A stretch of DNA of 64,000 nucleotides from NCBI GenBank assembly GCA_965215055.1, contig OZ244046.1, positions 1,268,123 to 1,332,122 of the forward strand, in the 5' to 3' direction. The notes under the pieces are model-generated. The model was not told where the DNA came from. It ran no database searches and was given only the letters and a program-made list of their open reading frames with translations. Of this stretch, positions 53,928 to 64,000 are shown piece after piece. Within the stretch, counting starts at the first letter, position 1. The number at the start of each line of letters is the position of its first letter. Both the position numbers and the translations under genes were made by a program. Source of the stretch: Gammaproteobacteria bacterium (GTDB lineage Bacteria > Pseudomonadota > Gammaproteobacteria > UBA4575).

Positions 53928-56207
53928 ATGTCGGTAGAATCAGGTCATTCCCAGCTCACCATTCCAAAGCCGCTTTTTTTTGATCAGGCACTTTGGCGCA
54001 GACGTTCAATAAGAGATTTTTTAGCACGCTACCTGGTTGGTGCCGGCGGCATTGCCGTGATCGGTTCGATTATTCTGATTTTTCTTTTCTTGTTCATGGT
54101 GGTGTTCCCGTTGTTCAAGGGGGCGGAGTTGCATCGAATTACCAGTTACTCCCTGGACGATGCCAATACCGACGACACGTTACTTTATTCCATAGAAGAA
54201 CAGGCCGAAATAGCCATGCGGCTGGGCAGCAGCGGTGTCGCACGTTTCTTTGATGTCGATAGCGGTAGAACGATAGAAAGTAGTTCTATCCTGGCTGAAA
54301 GCAGCGCCCGCGTGAGCAGTTGGGCACACGTCAATGAGGAAAGGAGTTTTATCGGGCTGGGGTTGGATAGCGGGCGGGTACTGATTTTTGGTCACGAATA
54401 TTCGCTACGCTATCACGACGACCAGCGCACGATTGTTCCACGCATAGTCTATCCCTACGGTGAAAACGCGATTGACCTCGGTATTGGCAAGCAGGAGATA
54501 CTCAACTTGGCTGCCGGAGAAAACGAGGACGGAATGACGTTTTTCGTGCATACCGAAAACGGCTCCAGGTTGATTAATTTTGAAAAAGAATCTTCATTTC
54601 TGGATGAAGATGAGGTTTCTCTTGAACTGACCAGTCGGGTGCAATTACCGTATGTTGACAGCCCGGTCAAGGCACTGCTTTCTCCTCAGCGTGAGTGGCT
54701 GTATATTCTGAACAGGGAAGGCGTAATCTCTTTTTACGATATACGCAACAAAGAAAGACCAGTTCGCGTCGAAGACGTCATCGTGCTGGATAACGGCAAT
54801 CTTCCGGGTGCATTCGAGTTTTTGGTTGGCGGTATTTCGCTGCTGCTGGCTGACGATCATGGCGATATTCACCAGTTATTCCTGGTGCGTGACGGCAATG
54901 GCGCACGGCACTTGCAAAAAATCAGGGGTTTTAATGGCGGTGGTGCTGAAATTTCCGGTGTTATTACCGAAAAACTGCGTAAGGGATTTCTTACCGTCGA
55001 CGTTGATGGCAACGTATCCATTTTTCATACTACCGCTTCAAGACATCTGCTGACCGAAAACATTGCGGCGAATCCGCTTGCCCACCTGGGTATAGCACCG
55101 CGGAGTGACAAGCTCATTGCCGAAGATACAACCGGTCGCGTCCATATTTGGCGGTTGGACAGCGAACATCCTGAAGTTTCATGGAGTTCGATCTGGGGCA
55201 AGGTTTGGTACGAAAGCTATCCCGAGCCGGACTACATCTGGCAGTCTTCGTCGGCCTCCAGTGACTTTGAGCCGAAATTCAGTCTTACTCCGCTGACTTT
55301 TGGTACCTTCAAGGCCGCATTTTACGCCATGTTGTTGGCGATGCCGTTAGCGATTGCAGGTGCGATTTTTACCGCCTACTTCATGGCGCCAAAAATGCGC
55401 GGGGTGGTAAAACCTTCGATTGAAATCATGGAAGCATTACCGACGGTAATTTTGGGATTTCTGGCTGGGCTTTGGCTGGCACCTTTTGTAGAGGCTCATC
55501 TGCCTGGCATCTTTACCTCCCTGCTGGCGATTCCGCTTGGCATGTTTATCGCCAGTTTCGCTTGGTGGCACGTCCCTGAACGCGTAAAGGTACAGGTCCC
55601 TGAAGGGTGGCAGGCTGCACTGCTGGTGCCAATAGTAATCATCTGTGGATGGCTTGCGCTGGCGTTAAGTCCATGGATGGAAGCCGTATTTTTTGGCGGC
55701 AACATGCGTTTGTGGCTGACTGATTCGATGGGTATCGGCTATGACCAGAGAAACTCCATTATTATCGGAATCGCAATGGGGTTTGCCGTTATTCCGACCA
55801 TTTTTTCGATTACCGAAGACGCGATTTTCAGCGTACCCAAACATTTGAGTTCTGGCTCATTGGCACTGGGTGCGACGCCCTGGCAGACCATGGTGCGCGT
55901 TGTGCTGCCTTCGGCGAGTCCGGGAATTTTTTCTGCCACCATGATTGGTCTGGGGCGTGCCGTCGGCGAGACCATGATCGTACTGATGGCTACCGGTAAT
56001 ACACCGGTGATGGATTTCAGTATCTTCGAAGGGATGCGCACGCTTTCTGCCAACGTCGCGGTGGAACTTCCCGAATCCGAGGTGGACAGCACCCATTTCA
56101 GGATTTTATTCCTGGCCGCCCTGGTGTTGTTCATTTTTACCTTTTTCTTCAACACTGCTGCGGAATTGGTGCGGCAAAGGTTGCGTGAAAAGTACAGCAC
56201 GCTTTGA
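53928..56207 (+). CDS. pstC: Phosphate ABC permease PstC, long form with WD40-like extra domain
   Basis: VKPSIEIMEALPTV, LALGATPWQT, GRAVGETMIVLMATGN; ~400-aa beta-rich insert. Confidence 0.93.
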   Translation: MSVESGHSQLTIPKPLFFDQALWRRRSIRDFLARYLVGAGGIAVIGSIILIFLFLFMVVFPLFKGAELHRITSYSLDDANTDDTLLYSIEEQAEIAMRLGSSGVARFFDVDSGRTIESSSILAESSARVSSWAHVNEERSFIGLGLDSGRVLIFGHEYSLRYHDDQRTIVPRIVYPYGENAIDLGIGKQEILNLAAGENEDGMTFFVHTENGSRLINFEKESSFLDEDEVSLELTSRVQLPYVDSPVKALLSPQREWLYILNREGVISFYDIRNKERPVRVEDVIVLDNGNLPGAFEFLVGGISLLLADDHGDIHQLFLVRDGNGARHLQKIRGFNGGGAEISGVITEKLRKGFLTVDVDGNVSIFHTTASRHLLTENIAANPLAHLGIAPRSDKLIAEDTTGRVHIWRLDSEHPEVSWSSIWGKVWYESYPEPDYIWQSSSASSDFEPKFSLTPLTFGTFKAAFYAMLLAMPLAIAGAIFTAYFMAPKMRGVVKPSIEIMEALPTVILGFLAGLWLAPFVEAHLPGIFTSLLAIPLGMFIASFAWWHVPERVKVQVPEGWQAALLVPIVIICGWLALALSPWMEAVFFGGNMRLWLTDSMGIGYDQRNSIIIGIAMGFAVIPTIFSITEDAIFSVPKHLSSGSLALGATPWQTMVRVVLPSASPGIFSATMIGLGRAVGETMIVLMATGNTPVMDFSIFEGMRTLSANVAVELPESEVDSTHFRILFLAALVLFIFTFFFNTAAELVRQRLREKYSTL

Positions 56208-56223
56208 AACGCTGATGTAAGAA

Positions 56224-57903
56224 ATGCGAACCCGGACCAACAATTTCAAATCGTTCATGTCTTCTGGCCAGCCCTGGGTGTGGCTGAATGCGGGTGCGGT
56301 GGCAATGAGCATGATCATGGTCTTTGGACTGTTGCTGTTTATCGCCTCCCGTGGCCTGGGACATTTTTGGCCCAAGACGGTGTACGACATTGAATATGAC
56401 AATGGCTCCGAAGTTATTAGGGTTATTGGAGAGCGCGTCGAGACCGAGGAGGTTCCAAGACAACGGATTATTGAATCGGGAATCAAGGTCAAAGGCGACC
56501 AGAACCGTATTGAACGCAGTTTGATCAAGGTGGGAAACCGCGAGGTGCTGGGTGTGGATTTTATGCTCACCATCGTGCCCAACGAGTTGAGTGTGACCAA
56601 GCCTATCGAGATGTTTGTTCTGGAACGCACGCAGTGGGGCAATTCTTACGGCTATCTGAAGGCAATCAAGGATAGCGGTGAATCCCTGCGAGTCAGTGGC
56701 AACGAGGCCATGCAGGTGGAACTGGATATGCGCCTGCAGCATGCACTGGAGCTTAGAGAGAGGATTAGGCATATCGAGAAATCTGAAATTGGCGCAATCA
56801 ACTTTCAGCTTGAAAAGCTGAGACTGAAAAAACGGGGTTTGGAATTAAAAGGTGTCACCGACCCCAAATACTTTGACGAAATTACTGTCGCGCAGAATAA
56901 ACACAATGCCGAATATGAGGAACTCAAAAAGGAACTCGACACCCTCTACAGACAAATCTCGCGTGACAGTATCGTATTGGAAACGATGACGGGAGAAAAA
57001 GTCGAAATCAAACTTGCCAACGTGGTCAAGGCGTATCAGCCCAATGCGATGGGCCTGGTTGAAAAAATCATTTTTTACATAAAGACATTTTGGGGATTTA
57101 TTACCGATGATCCGCGTGAAGCGAATACCGAAGGCGGAATTTTCCCGGCAATTTTCGGCACGGTCACTATGGTAATGTTGATGTCCATCATCGTTGCGCC
57201 TTTTGGTGTCATTGCGGCGATCTACCTGAGAGAGTATGCCCGCCAGGGCTTCATCACGCGTTTGGTGAGGATATCGGTAAATAACCTGGCGGGCGTGCCT
57301 TCTATTGTCTACGGAGTATTCGGTTTGGGATTTTTCGTGTACGTGGTGGGTGGTACCATTGACGAGCTTTTTTACCCTGAGGCCTTGCCGGCACCTACTT
57401 TTGGCTCAGGCGGTGTACTGTGGGCGTCATTGACCCTGGCGTTATTGACGGTTCCCGTTGTGATCGTTGCCACTGAAGAAGGTTTATCCCGAATTCCGCG
57501 AACAATCAGGGAAGGCTCGTTGGCACTGGGGGCAACCAAGGCGGAAACCTTGTGGCGCACAGTGTTGCCCATGGCCAGTCCGGCGATGATGACCGGGCTG
57601 ATATTGGCAATTGCCCGTGCGGCGGGCGAGGTCGCACCTCTTATGCTGGTGGGTGCCGTAAAGCTGGCACCTTCCTTACCGATTGATGCAAATGCCCCGT
57701 TTGTTCATCTTGAGCGTAAATTCATGCACTTGGGATTTCATATTTACGACGTAGGCTTTCAAAGCCCCAACGTGGAGGCAGCCCGTCCACTGGTGTATGC
57801 AACCGCCTTGATACTGGTAGTGGTTATCGTAATACTGAATCTTTCTGCAATATACATACGCAACCACTTACGGGAGAAATACAGAAGTCTCGAACAACAC
57901 TAA
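56224..57903 (+). CDS. pstA: Phosphate ABC permease PstA, long form
   Basis: DDPREANTEGGIFPAIFGT, NLAGVPSIVYG, LALGATKAET, ARAAGEVAPL. Confidence 0.95.
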   Translation: MRTRTNNFKSFMSSGQPWVWLNAGAVAMSMIMVFGLLLFIASRGLGHFWPKTVYDIEYDNGSEVIRVIGERVETEEVPRQRIIESGIKVKGDQNRIERSLIKVGNREVLGVDFMLTIVPNELSVTKPIEMFVLERTQWGNSYGYLKAIKDSGESLRVSGNEAMQVELDMRLQHALELRERIRHIEKSEIGAINFQLEKLRLKKRGLELKGVTDPKYFDEITVAQNKHNAEYEELKKELDTLYRQISRDSIVLETMTGEKVEIKLANVVKAYQPNAMGLVEKIIFYIKTFWGFITDDPREANTEGGIFPAIFGTVTMVMLMSIIVAPFGVIAAIYLREYARQGFITRLVRISVNNLAGVPSIVYGVFGLGFFVYVVGGTIDELFYPEALPAPTFGSGGVLWASLTLALLTVPVVIVATEEGLSRIPRTIREGSLALGATKAETLWRTVLPMASPAMMTGLILAIARAAGEVAPLMLVGAVKLAPSLPIDANAPFVHLERKFMHLGFHIYDVGFQSPNVEAARPLVYATALILVVVIVILNLSAIYIRNHLREKYRSLEQH

Positions 57904-57963
57904 ACTTTGCAAGCTTTAATTGCCGCAAAGTACAATCGTGCAAGGTTGGGAGGACTAAGGAAA

Positions 57964-58788
57964 ATGACTATGGCAGCTCCACAGATATCACAGGAAGTGC
58001 TTCTCAATAAGGGGAGCCCAGAACTTGAAGAAGAAAAGGCTTGTTTTGAGTGCCAGGATTTTAATCTCTATTACGGTACTGTGCACTCCCTGAAAAACAT
58101 TGGTCTAACCGTCCCCGAAAAAAGAGTAACCGCGTTCATCGGTCCCAGTGGTTGTGGCAAGTCCACGCTACTGCGTTGTATGAACCGCATGAATGACTTG
58201 ATAGATATCGTGCGTATAGAGGGCCAAATGCTGTTAAATGGTGATGACATTTATAAAAAATCGGTGAATGTTGCGGAGCTTCGTCGTAAAGTTGGGATGG
58301 TATTCCAAAAGCCCAACCCTTTTCCCAAAACCGTATATGAGAATGTTGCTTACGGGTTGCGGCTGCAAGGCATAAACAAAAAACGTGTGTTGGACGAGCG
58401 CGTCGAGTGGGCGTTAAAGGGTGCTGCATTATGGGATGAAGTGAAAGATCGCTTGCAGGATAATGCGCTGGGGTTGTCCGGCGGGCAGCAACAGCGGTTG
58501 GTGATTGCGCGCTCGATTGCAATTCAGCCTGAAGTAATTTTACTGGATGAGCCGGCTTCGGCCTTGGACCCGATTTCCACGTTGAAAATTGAAGAGCTTA
58601 TCATTCAATTAAAGCAAGACTATACCGTGGTAATTGTCACGCACAACATGCAGCAAGCTGCACGTGTTTCCGATTACACAGCGTTTTTGTATCTGGGAGA
58701 ACTGATTGAATTTGGCGCAACGGATAAGCTGTTTACCAACCCTGTGGAAAAGAAGACGGAAGACTATATTACCGGTCGATATGGATAA
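57964..58788 (+). CDS. pstB: Phosphate ABC ATPase
   Basis: [40 protein letters not shown]. Confidence 0.97.
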   Translation: MTMAAPQISQEVLLNKGSPELEEEKACFECQDFNLYYGTVHSLKNIGLTVPEKRVTAFIGPSGCGKSTLLRCMNRMNDLIDIVRIEGQMLLNGDDIYKKSVNVAELRRKVGMVFQKPNPFPKTVYENVAYGLRLQGINKKRVLDERVEWALKGAALWDEVKDRLQDNALGLSGGQQQRLVIARSIAIQPEVILLDEPASALDPISTLKIEELIIQLKQDYTVVIVTHNMQQAARVSDYTAFLYLGELIEFGATDKLFTNPVEKKTEDYITGRYG

Positions 58789-58819
58789 TTGGTCAACTAA
58801 ATATCAATTGAGGTGACAG

Positions 58820-59545
58820 ATGGTATTTCAGGACATCGGGCAGCATATTTCGCATCAGTTTGACGAAGATCTGGAGTCGCTGCGCAGTAAAGTGCTCAAC
58901 ATGGGCGGCATGGTGGAGAAGCAGGTTGAAAATGCGCTTACGGCACTTACGCATTCCGACAGCAACCTTGCCGACGATGTTGCTACCAGTGACTACAAGA
59001 TCAACTCCATGGAAGTAGCCATCGATGAAGAATGCACGCAGATTATTGCACGTCGCCAACCTGCGGCAAGCGACCTTCGCTTTGTGGTGACTATGCTTAA
59101 AACGATCACCGACCTGGAAAGGATCGGCGATGAAGCGGAGAAAATCGGTCGCCATGCCGTCAAACTCGCTACCGTTGAACGCACGCCAACCTATTTCTCG
59201 GAAATAAGACACCTGGGGGGACAGGTTCGCAAAATGCTGCACGATTGCCTGGATGCATTTGCGCGTATGGACGCCGATAACGCGCTTAAGATTGCTCAGG
59301 GAGACAGGGATATCAATGACGAATACGACGCACTGATGCGCCAGCTTATTACGCACATGATGGAAGATCCGCATGCCATCAAACGTTCACTCAGAGTGAT
59401 GTGGTGCGCGCGTGCACTGGAACGTATCGGAGACCATGCAAAGAATATCTGCGAGTATGTTATCTACACCGTTGCTGGCAAAGACATTCGCCATACAACC
59501 TTTGACCAGGTGAAAAGCGAACTCGTCGATACGAACAGCGGATAA
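58820..59545 (+). CDS. phoU: Phosphate signalling protein PhoU
   Basis: ARRQPAASDLR, DLERIGD, LERIGDHAKNICE. Confidence 0.97.
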   Translation: MVFQDIGQHISHQFDEDLESLRSKVLNMGGMVEKQVENALTALTHSDSNLADDVATSDYKINSMEVAIDEECTQIIARRQPAASDLRFVVTMLKTITDLERIGDEAEKIGRHAVKLATVERTPTYFSEIRHLGGQVRKMLHDCLDAFARMDADNALKIAQGDRDINDEYDALMRQLITHMMEDPHAIKRSLRVMWCARALERIGDHAKNICEYVIYTVAGKDIRHTTFDQVKSELVDTNSG

Positions 59546-59919
59546 GCCGGAATTATAGATACACTACCGGTTTTTTACCTTCCTGACCCGAGTATATAGA
59601 AAATTTTGGTTTGCAATTGCATCTACTGAGAGAGGCAGTGATTACCACTGCAAACATGTAGTTTTATTGTATTTTGTAGGTAATGTACTATCCTTGGTGT
59701 CGATGGATTCACAATTAAAAGTCAGACAATCCGCCCATCGCTTGCTTTTAGAACAGCCTACCATTCTTACAAAGAGCGAGGTTCGGATAAAACCCCTGGT
59801 AAGGGTTGGCAGCCTTTCCCTAGGTGAGGGGTAATTGCGGCGAGTCGATATTCCTGCATCTACTTGCAGAGCGTGGTTTGTAATTCGCTCCGAAAAGCAC
59901 CTGTCACAATCTACTGCAT

Positions 59920-60552
59920 ATGAATAAAACCGGGCGGCTGTTCATACTTTCCGCTCCCTCCGGTGCGGGCAAGACAAGTCTGGTGCAAGCACTCATAGAA
60001 CAAGAATCTGATGTGGTGGCGTCTATCTCACACACTACGCGACCGATGCGTGCTGATGAAGTGGATGGTAAGGACTATTTTTTTATCACGGTTGAAGCGT
60101 TTACCGAGATGATACAACGGGATGATTTCCTGGAATATGCAAAAGTTTTTGGTAATTTTTATGGTACCTCACGGCTATCGGTGCAGTCACTGCTTAACCA
60201 AGGCTTGAAGATCATTCTGGAAATTGACTGGCAGGGTGCTGCGCAAGTACGTTGCCGTACCAAGGACAGCGTCTCGATCTTTATCTTGCCACCTTCCAGG
60301 GCGGAGTTGGAAAATCGTTTGCGCAACCGGGGGCAGGACAGTGATGAAGTTATTGCCGAGAGAATGCACGACGCGAAGAGTGAAATCAGCCATTACGAAG
60401 AATTTGATCACGTAATTTTGAATGATGACTTTGATAGCGCTCTACAGGAATTAACCATGCTTTTCCGTGACCCGGAAGGATACAGGTCGCTCGACGAAGA
60501 AAAACTGCAATCCCTGACAACAGAGTTGCTGTCACAGGATTTTTTCAAATAA
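59920..60552 (+). CDS. gmk: Guanylate kinase
   Basis: SAPSGAGKTS, SHTTRPMR, FGNFYGT, LEIDWQGA, ILPPS. Confidence 0.98.
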   Translation: MNKTGRLFILSAPSGAGKTSLVQALIEQESDVVASISHTTRPMRADEVDGKDYFFITVEAFTEMIQRDDFLEYAKVFGNFYGTSRLSVQSLLNQGLKIILEIDWQGAAQVRCRTKDSVSIFILPPSRAELENRLRNRGQDSDEVIAERMHDAKSEISHYEEFDHVILNDDFDSALQELTMLFRDPEGYRSLDEEKLQSLTTELLSQDFFK

Positions 60553-60703
60553 TGTACAGGAGTGAGAAGAGCCTGATAAGAAATGTGAAAAACGGTGGGG
60601 CAGTATCGCCAGTGCGCGCCAACGGCAAAGCTGGCAAAAATAGGCTGAATTCGTTACAATTACCCGCTCGAGTTAAGTATTTATCAATGTTCAGGAGTAT
60701 GAC

Positions 60704-61372
60704 ATGGCTCGTGTAACGGTAGAAGATTGCCTGGAGCATGTGGAGAATCGCTTCAAACTGGTGTTATTGGCAAGCAAGCGTGCACAGCAATTGTTGCTAG
60801 GTGCCGACCCGCTGGTGGAAAGGGAGAATGACAAACCAACGGTGTTGGCTTTGCGTGAAATCGAACAAGGCCTGGTAACCGAAGAATCGATGCAGGCATC
60901 TTTGGCGGAAGCTGTTGAAGAACAAGCGGATTTTGATGCGGATGATTTTGCAGCTGCCCTGCATGCAGAGATCAGCCGTGAACTGAATCAGCGAGCTGAG
61001 CCGCAATCGATAACTCCTGCAACAATGGAACCTCAGGAAAATACATCTTCTGGACCCTCGTTCTCTGCCGTGCCTGAACCTCGAAATCCCTTGTCTCCTC
61101 CTGCTGATACTGCCGACACCAATGAGCATTTGTCAGCGGAGGAATCGCACGAAGATGTCGTTTCAAGTATCAGTCTCATTCCGGATTCTTCAGTTGAGGA
61201 AGAGAGCATCTCTCCAGATAGCGATGCCATTGTAGAGCCATCATCCGAAGAAAACATTCTTGCAGATGCCGGGTTTGCTTCAGAGATAGAAATACAGGAG
61301 GATGATTCTTTGGACATTGAGTTCACTTCCGCCACGGATATACAGGAAGATGACTCTTCACAGGGGCAATGA
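60704..61372 (+). CDS. rpoZ: RNA polymerase omega subunit with long acidic C-terminal extension
   Basis: [10 protein letters not shown]...[13 protein letters not shown]...[12 protein letters not shown]; located between gmk and spoT. Confidence 0.93.
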   Translation: MARVTVEDCLEHVENRFKLVLLASKRAQQLLLGADPLVERENDKPTVLALREIEQGLVTEESMQASLAEAVEEQADFDADDFAAALHAEISRELNQRAEPQSITPATMEPQENTSSGPSFSAVPEPRNPLSPPADTADTNEHLSAEESHEDVVSSISLIPDSSVEEESISPDSDAIVEPSSEENILADAGFASEIEIQEDDSLDIEFTSATDIQEDDSSQGQ

Positions 61373-63585
61373 CTAATGTCGTCGAGTTAGCCGGCGCGAA
61401 AACCGATGGCAAAGGAGACGCCCTGCCTCCTGCGCCGTCAAGCACCGACAGCACCACGCCACGGCATTGGCAGGTTTTAATTGATGATCTGTGCGTACTG
61501 CTGAGCACCTATCTGGAGGCAGACCAAGTCAAGAGTATTCATCGCGCCTGCCTATTCAGTGCCAATGCGCACGAAGGTCAAACGCGACTTACCGGCGAGC
61601 CCTACATCTCCCATCCCCTGGCAGTGGCAAGAGTGCTGGCCGAAGCGCATATGGACGCCCAGACCATAACAGCGGCAATTCTGCATGACGTGATAGAAGA
61701 CACCGGCACCGCAAAGGGGCAGATTGCCAGGGAATTTAGTGACGAAGTCGCGCAACTGGTAGACGGGGTCAGCAAACTTACATACCTCAAGTTTGAATCA
61801 AGGCTTGAGGCCCAGGCTGAAAACTTTCGCAAAATGATGCTTGCAATGGTGAAAGACGTGCGCGTCATCATCATCAAGCTCGCCGACCGTCTGCACAACA
61901 TGCGCACTTTAGGCGTAATGTCCCCTGATAAACGTGCGCGCATTGCACGTGAAACTCTGGATATTTACGCGCCGATAGCCTTGCGTCTGGGGATGGACAG
62001 ACTGCGCATTGAGCTTGAAGAGTTATCTTTCGGCATGTTGTGGCCGCGCCGTCATAAAGTTTTGAAAGAAGCGATGAAGCGTACCAGCGTGAACCGTAAA
62101 GTCCTGCTACAACAAGTCAAGGCGAATATCCGCGAGCGCCTGGAGCAGGCGAACGTCGTCAACAGGATTTACGGCCGTGAGAAGGACGTATACAGCGTTT
62201 ACAGGAAAATGAAAAAAAAGTGCCTGCAATTTTCGGAAGTCTTCGACATATTCGCCTTTCGGATCGTCGTTGAAGACGTGGATACCTGTTATCGGGCACT
62301 TGGCGTCATTCATAATTTATACAAACCGGTGCCAGGGAAATTCAAGGATTACATCGCCATCCCCAAGAAAAACGCGTACCAATCTCTGCATACCATCTTG
62401 TTCGGCCCCAAGGGAATTCCAGTCGAAGTACAGATTCGCTCACGAGAGATGGACCAGGTCGCGCGATCGGGAATCGCAGCTCACTGGATGTATAAAAGCG
62501 GCAGGATTGATTACGCTGCGCCGCATGTACGCATGCGCGAGTGGTTCAGGACAGTGTCGGAAATGCAGCATCGTTCTGGCAGTTCGCTCGAATTTCTGGA
62601 AAGTGTAAAGATCGATTTATTTCGTGACGAGATTTACGTGTTTACTCCCGCGGGCGATATTATGGAACTACCTGTCAACGCAACGGTAGTCGATTTCGCC
62701 TATGCGGTACATTCAGACATTGGCAACCAGTGTGTGGCAGCGAAAATAAATCGCAGGCTGGAACCGCTAAGTACCGTGCTGACCAATGGCCATACCGTGG
62801 AAATCATTACCTCGCCGGAGGGACGGCCTGACCCCGCCTGGCTGAATTTTATCGTTACTGCCAAGGCGCGTTCCAATATCCGCAGCTATCTGAAGAACAT
62901 ACAAAGAGGCGAGGCTGCCAAGCTGGGCGAGCGCATGTTAAACCAGGCGATGCGCGCACACGGTAAAACTTGGCAGGACGTTAGTAAACGAGAACAGGCC
63001 AATTTACTCAAAGAGTTGCAACTGGAGTCTGCTGAACAATTGTTCCAGGAGATTGGAATGGGCAACCGCATGGCACCATTTGTTGCCAGGCACTTGGCTT
63101 ACTTGAAAGGCAGATGGATCAAACTGCGCCGTAAAAGCGAGAGCAAGCACCCGCTGGCCATTAAAGGCACGGAAGGGATGGTAGTAAGCTATGGAAAATG
63201 CTGCTATCCGATACCCGGCGATTCAATCATCGGCATTATGAGCATGGGCAGGGGCCTGGTGGTGCATCACGTAAAGTGTCGTAATACGAGACGTAAAAAT
63301 ACCAGTCGTGACGAGCGAATAAACGTCTATTGGGCAAGTGATCTGGACAGCGAATTCACTGTCCAGATCAGCATAAAGGCCCTCAATGAACGAGGTGTGC
63401 TGGCGGTTGTGGCGGCTAAAATTTCGGCCGAGGAATCGAATATAGAAAACATAGTATTTGCGGAGCAACACAGTGCCACTACCACCATCACCGTCCTGTT
63501 AACGGTAAAGGGTCGGGATCATTTGGCGAAAATCATGCGGGCGATACGCAACACCCCAAAAATTTACAAAGTTAAACGTATCTAG
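61369..63585 (+). CDS. spoT: Bifunctional (p)ppGpp synthetase/hydrolase
   Basis: PYISHP, LHDVIED (HD), [24 protein letters not shown] ([11 protein letters not shown]), CC, ACT. Confidence 0.97.
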   Translation: MTNVVELAGAKTDGKGDALPPAPSSTDSTTPRHWQVLIDDLCVLLSTYLEADQVKSIHRACLFSANAHEGQTRLTGEPYISHPLAVARVLAEAHMDAQTITAAILHDVIEDTGTAKGQIAREFSDEVAQLVDGVSKLTYLKFESRLEAQAENFRKMMLAMVKDVRVIIIKLADRLHNMRTLGVMSPDKRARIARETLDIYAPIALRLGMDRLRIELEELSFGMLWPRRHKVLKEAMKRTSVNRKVLLQQVKANIRERLEQANVVNRIYGREKDVYSVYRKMKKKCLQFSEVFDIFAFRIVVEDVDTCYRALGVIHNLYKPVPGKFKDYIAIPKKNAYQSLHTILFGPKGIPVEVQIRSREMDQVARSGIAAHWMYKSGRIDYAAPHVRMREWFRTVSEMQHRSGSSLEFLESVKIDLFRDEIYVFTPAGDIMELPVNATVVDFAYAVHSDIGNQCVAAKINRRLEPLSTVLTNGHTVEIITSPEGRPDPAWLNFIVTAKARSNIRSYLKNIQRGEAAKLGERMLNQAMRAHGKTWQDVSKREQANLLKELQLESAEQLFQEIGMGNRMAPFVARHLAYLKGRWIKLRRKSESKHPLAIKGTEGMVVSYGKCCYPIPGDSIIGIMSMGRGLVVHHVKCRNTRRKNTSRDERINVYWASDLDSEFTVQISIKALNERGVLAVVAAKISAEESNIENIVFAEQHSATTTITVLLTVKGRDHLAKIMRAIRNTPKIYKVKRI

Positions 63586-63595
63586 CAGGGAGCAA

Positions 63596-63982
63596 ATGAC
63601 GCGCCAAATTATTACAACCGAACGCGCACCGCAAGCGATTGGCACCTATTCGCAGGCCGTAAAAGTAGGCACGGCAGTATACTTGTCCGGGCAAATCCCA
63701 CTGGACCCTGTAACGATGCAAATAGTTTCCCAGGATATCCGTGAACAGATTCGTCAAGTATTTGAAAACTTGCAGGCCGTAGCCCAAGCGGCGGGTGGTT
63801 GCCTGGGTGACATCGTCAAGCTCAACGTGTTTTTGATCGACCTTGGTCATTTCCCGATCGTCAATGAAGTGATGGACGAATACTTTTCTCAACCCTATCC
63901 TGCGCGTGCGGCAATAGGCGTCACCTCTCTACCCAGGGACGCAGGCGTGGAAATGGATGCTATCATGGAACTTGAACGATAA
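63596..63982 (+). CDS. ridA: RidA/YjgF family enamine/imine deaminase
   Basis: [32 protein letters not shown]. Confidence 0.94.
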   Translation: MTRQIITTERAPQAIGTYSQAVKVGTAVYLSGQIPLDPVTMQIVSQDIREQIRQVFENLQAVAQAAGGCLGDIVKLNVFLIDLGHFPIVNEVMDEYFSQPYPARAAIGVTSLPRDAGVEMDAIMELER

Positions 63983-64000
63983 ACGCGCAGTTTCCATAAA

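Noticed and set aside
56106-56772. Long antisense ORFs (178 and 207 aa) over pstC/pstA; similar ones over phoU, the propeller gene and ileS
   Set aside because: Fully antisense to well-supported genes; expected shadows of codon bias
62371-62391. SpoT synthetase motif NAYQSLH instead of NGYQSLH
   Set aside because: This position varies in active RSH enzymes (e.g. NMYQS in Firmicutes Rel), so it is no evidence of inactivation

Overview
Gammaproteobacterial chromosomal segment, mostly housekeeping genes in familiar order: grxD/rnt/argG/mlaA; yciI, yciO-S2P-trpS-scpAB; yciK/cysC/rmuC/gph/ubiG/mtaD with mtnA-gyrA-serC; murJ, ribF-ileS-lspA-ispH; rpsT, rplU-rpmA-obgE-proB, ispB-tRNA-Pro; pntAB; gmk-rpoZ-spoT-ridA. 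No integrase, transposase, prophage or CRISPR array was seen. Two accessory-looking blocks stand out. (1) A 5.4 kb signalling cassette at 22.7-28.1 kb encodes a STAS anti-anti-sigma factor, a REC-PP2C phosphatase, an RsbW-like kinase, an orphan type-1 periplasmic binding protein and a TorS-like membrane histidine kinase. It has no sigma factor and lies directly upstream of a glnK-less ammonium transporter with a sigma54-type promoter. (2) A contiguous 16.6 kb phosphate block holds ppx, ppk1, a DUF3859-like protein, a choice-of-anchor-I-like propeller, an OprO/P porin, phoBR, pstSCAB and phoU, with readable 11-bp-periodic Pho boxes. Smaller oddities: a 52-aa protein missed by the ORF track with a MinD-like terminal amphipathic helix, an RNA polymerase omega subunit with a ~160-aa acidic tail, an LspA with a two-Cys loop insertion, and candidate structured leaders before pntA and gmk. 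All assignments come from motif recognition by eye; no searches or folding programs were run.
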